Positions 22,901 through 29,797 of a stretch of 33,725 nt of DNA are shown piece after piece. Location of the stretch: positions 1 to 33,725 of the forward strand of contig JBLWGC010000108.1 in the NCBI GenBank assembly GCA_048772705.1. Direction: 5' to 3'. Position numbers and translations under genes: made by a program. Below the pieces are notes generated by a model. It was not told where the DNA came from, did no database searches, and worked only from the letters and a program-made list of their open reading frames with translations. The stretch's first letter is position 1. Every line of letters starts with the position of its first letter. Origin of the DNA: Leidyana gryllorum EB-2025a. Lineage: Eukaryota; Protista; Apicomplexa.

Positions 22901-23283
22901 AGCTCTCTTTACCATTTTGCGGACCTTTCAGGATCATAGAAGCCACTACTCATGATACATACCTCTTAGACTTACCAAGCACGTGGGGATTATACCCCAA
23001 GTTTCACGCAAGCAGACTAGAACCCTATAGACAACGGGACGAACCTGCAGAAACACCTACACCCGAAGAACTCTACATAATGGAATCGATTCAAGGATGG
23101 CGCGAAACGGCAGACGGAATAGAATACCTAGTCAGCTGGGCAGGCTACACCGACCGCAGCTGGGAGAAGGCATCAACGGTCTTGGAGGCCGAAGGAGCAG
23201 ATCTAATTGAAGCATTCCGAAGAAGATGGAACCAGAGGAACCCCCGCACTCCGTTCACCCATGATGATGGGGGAGGGATGTAA
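19861..23283 (+). CDS. pol: Pol of D2, entered by predicted -1 frameshift at GGATTTT 19861-19867
   Basis: -1 frame is open from the heptamer into the 1099-aa ORF; LVDTGA, YLDD, TDAS, HHCC/DDE, GPF, YLVSWAGY chromodomain; stop TAA inside LTR TGTAA. Confidence 0.95.
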   Translation, partial: GFYGNPGILGTDSERGSEALVRKQPLTAQWTLHNPNHPEQRLQACVLVDTGASVSCIHTETARAMGLAPNGRQLQIQSIHGSHNHAMTNVLLRTEQNHVLLEAAATPNMAYDLIIPTAVIAHLNLTITTDHSHNLCIFEGKINAVRAALRPEQWVKTTPGQCHYLNEIHTTRLDIPEEERWLEIEFRTVLHEHAPMPPSRPGIDHRIELTDPQIKPFARQPYRIPQQYVGELRNQLTELTKDGKIQLSSSSWASPCLFVPKKDTAVPRLVCDYRRLNEATRKVVSPIPSLDDALQLLADAKWFSTLDLKAGYHQVRMEPESRHLTAFATPWGLYEWTVMPNGLTNAPATFNTMMTHILGHLIGECIFVYLDDVLVFSKTIQEHRQHLRQVMEGLRTNHLIVHRRKSHFFKTRVQYLGHEIGPEGITPLHHKVDGLQRLPFPNTLKELQSILGMMNYYRRFIPGFARLANPLYELSHGLKKPNSPITATQAAEEAFKGLKTALANTRPLQFPDIQIKELTLDTDASLTAIGGVLQQPTSQGLAPIEFFSKALTATQSRYPTHERELLAIVESCKHWRHLLVGRRITIRTDHKPLTYLLTQAHLSDRQARWMVRLAELDIHFEYIKGAQNIIADLLSRPRTNTTLTDRPAIQPETVHSTVPGNNEEEPVSTDLETRLRHAWSNRREEAGKCGTPEWIEGLPVTPQGTIEVPPDEELIRAIVKDNHDSTLAGHLAADKTIGRVRSLFSWKGMAADIIEYCRTCDTCQKAKKRTHRPHGLLHPISNPSLPWVEVGVDFLEMPKVSENDSDYIMVVVDRLSRRLRLLPCRKRITASQSAALFLENIVKVHGAPRKIISDRDPRFVSEMWQGIMKGLGANLAFSTAYHPQSNGLVERNNRSTLQLIRCALHAHGGKWQDHLLATEMAYNSTIQSSTNMCPLELDTGRTTFIPTNLNEITSTRSVAGRLYLQKLQEANDRLRLASLQQKEHADKRRQEVSFREGDLVLLNTNGLAHLPKNKLSLPFCGPFRIIEATTHDTYLLDLPSTWGLYPKFHASRLEPYRQRDEPAETPTPEELYIMESIQGWRETADGIEYLVSWAGYTDRSWEKASTVLEAEGADLIEAFRRRWNQRNPRTPFTHDDGGGM

Positions 23284-23338
23284 GGGGGACGCTCATCGGT
23301 GACTGGCCGGGACCGGTTCACCCGTGTGTGTGTCTCCG

Positions 23339-23507
23339 TGTAAGCCCCGGTAGGGGGAATGCGACGGCTGCGTAGGTCCATTTTTGGTTCTGTTCCCAGT
23401 TCGGGTTGTGTCCCTCCCTTGTTTGTAGCTACTGTCATGCACGCTCGAAAAACCTATGCTTTTTGTGTGTCCCACACATGTTTGGCTCTTCGGCTTAGCC
23501 TGCTACA
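23339..23507 (-). repeat. 3' LTR of E (TGTAG...TTACA)
   Basis: Direct repeat of 27947-28115; preceded by AGGGGAGGGG. Confidence 0.95.
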
Positions 23508-26500
23508 CCCCTCCCCTACCAAGAGAAGATGTATCGGCTGTGAACGGTTGTTTCGGATTCTGCCTGTTCCATTGCTCGCGAAATTTTTCCACTAGATCTG
23601 TTGCCTCGGCCTCTTGTAATTTTTGTGCTGACTCCCAGGTCTGATCGTCATAGCCGGCCCACTTCACCAAGTACTCAATCCCTGTGGGGGTCTCGCGCCA
23701 CCCAACGACCTCTTGCATTATGTAGTAAGTTTCCGTCTCTCCTGTTGGTACACATTGTCCTTCTCGCGATTTGTAAGGTTCGAGGCGGCTTATGTGGAAG
23801 TTAGGGAGGATCCCCCAGCTTTCGGGGAGGTCGACGAGGTAAGTATCTGCGCTCGTCTTCTTCAACACTTGGAACGGGCCACAGTAGGTTGGCGCCAGTT
23901 TGGATTTCGCTATATGGGCGAGGTTTCGTGTGTCTAAGAGAACCAGCTGCCCTTCCTGGAGTTCCCGTGGCTGTCGTTTTCTATCGGCGCTCTTTTTCTG
24001 CATCTCTGCTGCGTGTGTGAGGCGATCGTGAGCTTCTTGGAGCTTTTGCAGATATGTTCTGCCCATTTGACTTCTTGTGGACGCCAACTCGGCCAGGTTA
24101 TGTGAAATGAACGTGGCTCGACCCGTGTCGAGTTCTAAAGGGCTTGTGTGTGTGGATGACTGAACGGCACTGTTGTAGGCCATCTCTGTGGGCACTATAT
24201 GCGCCATCCAGTTTCCTCCGTGGGCTTCTAATGTGCAGCGTAAGATTTGCAGAATGGAACGATTGGCGCGTTCGACCAGTCCGTTCGTTTGCGGATGTCT
24301 CGCGGTCGACATGGCAAGATTGACTCCCAGACTGGTCATCATTGATTGCCACATCGTGGATGTGAATCGGACATCGCGGTCCGATACCATTTTGCGAGGG
24401 AGACCATGAATCTTGACTATCTCTCTGAGGAAGAGTTGGGCCGCCTCTTCTGCCGTGATCGTCTTCCGGCACGGGGTAAGTCGTACCCGACGGGTCAGGC
24501 GGTCCACGACCACCATGACGTAGTCGTGTCCGGTTTCCTCGTCCGCTTGGAGCTCGAGAAAATCCAATCCTATTTCCACCCATGGTCTCGAGGGGTTGCT
24601 CAATGGATGCAATAGGCCGTACGGTTTGTGGTTGCGGCGTTTCGCTTTCTGGCAAGCGTGACAACTGCTGCAGTAAGCGATCACGTCGGCCATCAACCCC
24701 CTCCAATGGAAGAGTGACCGGATTCTGGCTGCCGTTTTATCCGCCGCTAGGTGGCCCGCCAATGGGCTATCGTGATTGTCCTGGATGATGCAGCGGATCA
24801 AGGTCGGCACGTTGGGAACCTCGATTGTTCCTTCCGCCGTGACCGGCAGGCCTGCAACCCATTCTATGTTGACATCCTTACCTGCGTCCTCCTTATGTGT
24901 GCTCCAGTGGTTGCGTAGTTGCGCTTCAATGCCAACTTCCTCCAGCGTCTGGTCTGATTGCGATCCTTGCCCTGGAGATGCGGTTGGGGTCCCCCCGTCC
25001 GGTATCCGTGTGCTTGTGCCGAGACTGTTCACTTCGTCCACTCGTTGCTGGTGTGGTCTGCTAAGCAGGTCCGCTAGTACGTTCTGTGTGCCTGGGATGT
25101 ACTCAATGGAGATGTCCAGTTCCGTGAGGGTGATCAGCCATCGTATCTGGCGGTCCGAGAGGTGGGCTTGTCGTAGTAGGAACGTAAGGGGCTTATGGTC
25201 TGTTTTCACCCGTACTTTCCTTCCCAGAAGTAGATGTCGCCAGTGACGACAGGCACTGACAATGGCTAGGAGCTCGCGGTCATGGGTGGCGTAGCGGCTT
25301 TGGGCCGGCGTGAGAGTAAGGGACATGAACTCTATTGGCAGTACTTCGCCGTTGATTGTCTGCTCTAATATTGCTCCTACGGCCGTGAGACTTGCATCCG
25401 CCGTAATGGTGAGTTCCGTGGCGTGTGGGTCGGGATACTGCAATCTGGGGGCTTGCCTAAGGGCTTCTTTGAGGTCCTCGAACGCGGCTCGGGCCGATGG
25501 GGTGTCTTCTACTGGGTCCCCTGGCTTGGATAGTTTGTGTGACAGTTGATACAGTGGGTTAGCTCTAGCCGCGAAGTCCCGTACAAACCGTCGGTAGTAG
25601 TTCAGAATACCCATCACTCTTTGTAGATCTTTCAATTTCTTTGGGTATACCAATCCCTCTAAGGCGTCGAGTTTGCTCCGGAGGGGTCTAATTCCGCCCG
25701 CCTCAAATCTGTGTCCCACATAATCGATGCTCTGCTTGAAAAAATGGGATTTTCGCTTGTGGATAACTAAGCCGTGTTGTTGAAGTCGTTCCAGTGCGAT
25801 GCGTAAGTGTATTCGGTGCTCTTCCCGTGTCTTTGAAAAGATCAGCACGTCGTCCAGGTAGACAAAGGCGAATATGCCGATTATGTCTTGGAACACACTG
25901 TTCATGAGTCTCATGAAGGTGGCGGGGGCATTGGTGAGCCCATTTGGCATCACCTTCCACTCGTATAGCCCCCACGGCGTTGCGAATGCGGTTAGGTATC
26001 GTGATTCTGGGGCGACTCTGACTTGATAATATCCTGACTTCAGGTCCAAGGAGGAGAACCATTGTGCTCCTGCGAGGCACAGTGTGGCGTCTTCGATGGA
26101 TGGCAATGGTGAGGCTGTTCGGACGGTTGCTTGGTTGAGGCGTCTGTAGTCACAGACGAGCCGTGGTGTTGTCGTTTCCTTCTTGGGAACGAACATGGCT
26201 GGCGAGGCCCAGCTGGAGTTGCTGGGCTCGATTTGTCCGGCCTTTGTTAGTTCTGTAATCTGTCGGTGCATCTCTTTTATGTAATGCTGGGGAACCCGGT
26301 ATGGTCGGCTGACGTATGGTACCGTATCTGCTTTGAGTTCGATCTTATGGTCTATTCCCGGCCGCTCGGGAGGGGTTGGCAGCTGGTCCGGCATTAGCTG
26401 TGGAAAGTCGTCGAGGATGGTCGCCTCATTGGGTGGTATATCGATCTCTCCTGGTTCCATTGGCGCTTCTGGTTCGCCTGTGCGAGCCCCTTTCTCCGTC

Positions 26501-26976
26501 TCTATTGTCCACACTTGAAGTGGTATTGGTGTTGTTGCTTCTCCGCCTCTGATGGCCGCATTCTCCACCATCTCGAGATTTTGCCCGTCCGCTGTGCCTA
26601 TTCTCAGTCTGAGTTGCGCTATGGATTGGGTGGGTAGTATGACATCGTGTGTCAAGGTACGGAAGACTGCCGCTTCCATATCTAGACGTTGTCCTTGCCT
26701 CGTGTGGAGTGTCAGGTATACCGTTTCATGCCTAAGTGATGCGTGTGCGGATTGGATTGTGGTTTGCCGGCCGGTTGATTCTAGTCGCAGTCGGCTCGCT
26801 ATTTCTGCTCTCACACAGCCTATGGTTGCCCCTGTGTCAATGAGCACTTCGACAGGCAGTCGTCCTGTGCCATCGTCGGTTCGGCTTATCGTCCACGTTG
26901 TGGTGAGCAATGGCGTTTTCAATTGATCGCCTCTTGTTGGGGTGTCGCCAGCTGCCCCGAGGCTGAGGGAAAATCC
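23503..26976 (-). CDS. pol: Pol of E, entered by predicted -1 frameshift
   Basis: GGATTTT 26976-26970, open into the 1139-aa ORF; LIDTGA, YLDD, ADAS, HHCC/DDE, GPF, YLVKWAGY; stop TAG in LTR TGTAG. Confidence 0.95.
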   Translation of the reverse strand, partial: GFSLSLGAAGDTPTRGDQLKTPLLTTTWTISRTDDGTGRLPVEVLIDTGATIGCVRAEIASRLRLESTGRQTTIQSAHASLRHETVYLTLHTRQGQRLDMEAAVFRTLTHDVILPTQSIAQLRLRIGTADGQNLEMVENAAIRGGEATTPIPLQVWTIETEKGARTGEPEAPMEPGEIDIPPNEATILDDFPQLMPDQLPTPPERPGIDHKIELKADTVPYVSRPYRVPQHYIKEMHRQITELTKAGQIEPSNSSWASPAMFVPKKETTTPRLVCDYRRLNQATVRTASPLPSIEDATLCLAGAQWFSSLDLKSGYYQVRVAPESRYLTAFATPWGLYEWKVMPNGLTNAPATFMRLMNSVFQDIIGIFAFVYLDDVLIFSKTREEHRIHLRIALERLQQHGLVIHKRKSHFFKQSIDYVGHRFEAGGIRPLRSKLDALEGLVYPKKLKDLQRVMGILNYYRRFVRDFAARANPLYQLSHKLSKPGDPVEDTPSARAAFEDLKEALRQAPRLQYPDPHATELTITADASLTAVGAILEQTINGEVLPIEFMSLTLTPAQSRYATHDRELLAIVSACRHWRHLLLGRKVRVKTDHKPLTFLLRQAHLSDRQIRWLITLTELDISIEYIPGTQNVLADLLSRPHQQRVDEVNSLGTSTRIPDGGTPTASPGQGSQSDQTLEEVGIEAQLRNHWSTHKEDAGKDVNIEWVAGLPVTAEGTIEVPNVPTLIRCIIQDNHDSPLAGHLAADKTAARIRSLFHWRGLMADVIAYCSSCHACQKAKRRNHKPYGLLHPLSNPSRPWVEIGLDFLELQADEETGHDYVMVVVDRLTRRVRLTPCRKTITAEEAAQLFLREIVKIHGLPRKMVSDRDVRFTSTMWQSMMTSLGVNLAMSTARHPQTNGLVERANRSILQILRCTLEAHGGNWMAHIVPTEMAYNSAVQSSTHTSPLELDTGRATFISHNLAELASTRSQMGRTYLQKLQEAHDRLTHAAEMQKKSADRKRQPRELQEGQLVLLDTRNLAHIAKSKLAPTYCGPFQVLKKTSADTYLVDLPESWGILPNFHISRLEPYKSREGQCVPTGETETYYIMQEVVGWRETPTGIEYLVKWAGYDDQTWESAQKLQEAEATDLVEKFREQWNRQNPKQPFTADTSSLGRGGV

Positions 26977-27989
26977 CGCTCCTCCATCGTAAATACGCGT
27001 CGGCGGGGTGTTTGCTGTGTGTAGTTATCCACTCGTCCAAATTTGTTGTTCCTGCGGTCATCCCGCGGGTACCTGCAGCGCCAGGCTGAGTGGTCATCTG
27101 CTCCACAATTGAAACAGCGCTTTTCCCGTATACATTGCTCGTACGTATATTTGCATCGTTTCCCCACTCGCCCGGTTCCATTCGTTATACTAAAACAGTG
27201 TTCGTTGGTGGGCGCTGCTCTCTTGACTCTCCCTATGGCTGTTTCGTACTGCAATGCGCGTGTGCATAGCGTGTCGAGATCACATCCCACGAATTGAGCC
27301 AGAGCCATGCGGTCTGCCGCCGGAAGTCCTCGGAAGAACAGGTTTGTTCTGGTGCTGTCGGCTATGCAGTCGGGCACTCCTCTGTTGAGCGCTCGGAACT
27401 GATTGACGTATGTGGCCATAGAGTCCGTTTTCGATAAGGTTGTGAGCCGCACTAAGTCGTCTTCCAGAGTCTCCGCTGTATCGAATTCCTGAATTATCGC
27501 TCGGCTGAATTCTTCCCAGCTCGCCTGTTTGATGGCCGGCCTGCTCAGTAGCCAGCGAGCAGCTGAATGAGTGAGAAGTCCGCATGCGGTATTCACTTTG
27601 TATCGGTCTTCTGTAACGTCATGTGCCAAGAACTTGGCCGAACAACTGTCTATCCAATCCCGCCCCCCAATCTTGGCTGTCCCGTCGAAGCTATCGTGCT
27701 TCCTCAATGCCAGCTCCGCCCTTCTTTGTTGGTCCGGCGGGTGTGACACCTCACCTCCGTTCGCCTGTGCCGACGTCGCTGTCGTCAGGAAGAGTCTGAG
27801 TGTATCCCAGAGGGCTTGAATGGGGACGTTGCCCGTAAGTGCTTCTGTCGGCGGTGTCAAGGTCCCTTGCGGACCTTTCGTTGCTTCCATGCCTGTGCCG
27901 CTCGGCATGTCGTTTGTTTCGTTCGGTAACGACGCACTGCTACCAGTGTAAGCCCCGGTAGGGGGAATGCGACGGCTGCGTAGGTCCAT
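26919..27989 (-). CDS. gag: Gag of E (alternative upstream in-frame ATG at 28046)
   Basis: MDLRSRR...AYTGSSA; CFNCGADDHSAWRC. Confidence 0.93.
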   Translation of the reverse strand: MDLRSRRIPPTGAYTGSSASLPNETNDMPSGTGMEATKGPQGTLTPPTEALTGNVPIQALWDTLRLFLTTATSAQANGGEVSHPPDQQRRAELALRKHDSFDGTAKIGGRDWIDSCSAKFLAHDVTEDRYKVNTACGLLTHSAARWLLSRPAIKQASWEEFSRAIIQEFDTAETLEDDLVRLTTLSKTDSMATYVNQFRALNRGVPDCIADSTRTNLFFRGLPAADRMALAQFVGCDLDTLCTRALQYETAIGRVKRAAPTNEHCFSITNGTGRVGKRCKYTYEQCIREKRCFNCGADDHSAWRCRYPRDDRRNNKFGRVDNYTQQTPRRRVFTMEERDFPSASGQLATPQQEAIN

Positions 27990-28115
27990 TTTTGGTTCTG
28001 TTCCCAGTTCGGGTTGTGTCCCTCCCTTGTTTGTAGCTACTGTCATGCACGCTCGAAAAACCTATGCTTTTTGTGTGTCCCACACATGTTTGGCTCTTCG
28101 GCTTAGCCTGCTACA
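27947..28115 (-). repeat. 5' LTR of E
   Basis: Followed by C + 18-nt PBS on the minus strand. Confidence 0.95.
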
Positions 28116-28260
28116 CTCCGTCTCCGGGCCGGCCGGCTCCGGCATTAACGGAGACACAGAGATCAACTTTTAGATTCGAACTTACCTTTTGAGTGCCTGC
28201 TTGCCATGGACTTACGCTCTAGAACAATAGCCGTAGCTTCGACGACTGGAAAGAATTATA

Positions 28261-29797
28261 ACCACGATAGCGATCTGGCGGGGCATCTAGCCGCTGACAA
28301 AACGATAGGACGAGTGAAAGCAATGTTCACCTGGAGAGGGCTACCGATGGATGTCGCGAACTACTGCAGGACATGCGACAGATGTCAAAAAGCAAAGAAA
28401 CGGGGCCATCGGCCATACGGCCTTCTCCACCCGCTTTCGAACCCGACTCTACCATGGACGGAAGTCGGCATCGATTTTTTGGAACTGCCCAAGGACGCGG
28501 ACACAGGACAGGACTACCTTATGGTAGTCATAGATCGGCTGACGCGCCGAATACGCTTGATTCCCTGCACGAAAACGATCAACGCGAAGGAGACGGCGGA
28601 GCTGTTCCTGGAGCATGTGGTCAGAGTACATGGAGCACCCATGAAAATCGTTTCAGACAGAGACAGCAGATTTCTGGCAGAGGTATGGCGGACGATGACG
28701 GAAAGTATAGGAGCACGCTTGGCGATGAGCACTGCGTACCACCCGCAGTCAAATGGGCTGACGGAACGAACAAATAGATCAATATTGCAGATATTACGAT
28801 GTGTGCTGAACGGCCACGGAGAGAAATGGACGAGACATATCATCAGCACAGAAATGGCTTATAACTCAGCCAATCAAGCATCGACGGGTCAACGCCGCTG
28901 GAATTAGACACGGGGAGGACTACGTTCCTACCGTCTCAATTGAGAGAACTAGCATCGACGAGATCAACACTGGGGAGGCTACAACTCCAGAAATTGCAGG
29001 AAGCAACGGATAGGCTAGCCGACGCCAGGAGAAGGCAGAAGAATCAGGCAGACAGGCGACGTGAACAGGTAAAGTTCAAGACAGGAGATTATGTACTCCT
29101 GAACACGAAGAACTTAGCACATGTACCGACCAACAAGCTGTCCATCCCCTTCTGCGGACCATTTAGAGTGACAAGAGTAGGAACAAATGACACTTACACA
29201 TTGGACCTCCCACCAGGGTGGGGAATATTCCCAACCTTCCACATTAGCAGGCTAGAGAAGTATAACGACAGATGGAGAGAAACGAACCCCCAACCACATA
29301 TTCCGAGCGATACAGAACCCAAGGAACCCGAAGAGGAACTCTATATCATGGAGGCTATCAGAGGATGGAAACCCACTGAAAACGGAATTCTCTACAAAGT
29401 CAAATGGTTGGGGTACTCTCGCGAGACTTGGGAACCAGCCGAGGAGGTATTGGCGGCTCAAGGAGCCGACTTGATCGAAGACTTCAGATGCGAATGGAAC
29501 AGGAGAAACCCGACCAACCCATTCGCAGTAGACACAGCCAATCCACTGCACGAACCCGCGCGGCGGGGAGGGGTGTAAGAAGCACAGACGAAAGGAACTG
29601 TCAGCAGCCGGCCGCAACCGGTCTACTAAGAAGTCTGTGTCTCGGGGACCGGTCCGGCCGGCCGGGGAGACACGGACACGCGAACACACACTGTTTTTTG
29701 AGTGACTACGTGCGATACGAACTGGTATAAGACATGGACTTACGAAACGGCAAGGTGCTAGGCGCCATGACAACGAACACGGGCAAGCCGTGTTACA
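28261..29797 (+). mobile_element. 3' fragment of element 'F': integrase-chromodomain + 3' LTR
   Basis: HDSDLAGH..CDRC, DDE, GPF, YKVKWLGY; 1-nt frameshift near 28888; PPT GGGGAGGGG; LTR 29574-29797. Confidence 0.92.
29574..29797 (+). repeat. 3' LTR of F (224 bp, TGTAA...TTACA)
   Basis: Follows the PPT; holds gag start MDLRNGK...PCY (ATG 29734); single copy. Confidence 0.87.

Larger units (their letters stand above)
23339..28115 (-). mobile_element. Intact full-length element 'E' (4777 bp), TSD CTCCG, inserted in the D2 3' LTR
   Basis: 169-bp LTRs 27947-28115 and 23339-23507, identical by eye; CTCCG at 23334-38 and 28116-20; PBS 27928-27945. Confidence 0.97.
18667..28260 (+). mobile_element. 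Coding-intact element 'D2' (~4.8 kb net); 3' LTR split by element E
   Basis: 5' LTR 18667-18866, PBS 18868-18885, gag, pol, 3' LTR 23279-23338 + 28116-28260; flanks GACTG/ACCAC do not match. Confidence 0.95.

Noticed and set aside
24098-24706. 202-aa alternative-frame ORF and other short antisense or overlapping ORFs
   Set aside because: No recognisable motifs or cross-family conservation; expected from the T-poor sense strand.
4835-29578. env or extra ORF (endogenous retrovirus / errantivirus)
   Set aside because: pol runs up to or into the 3' LTR, leaving no room.
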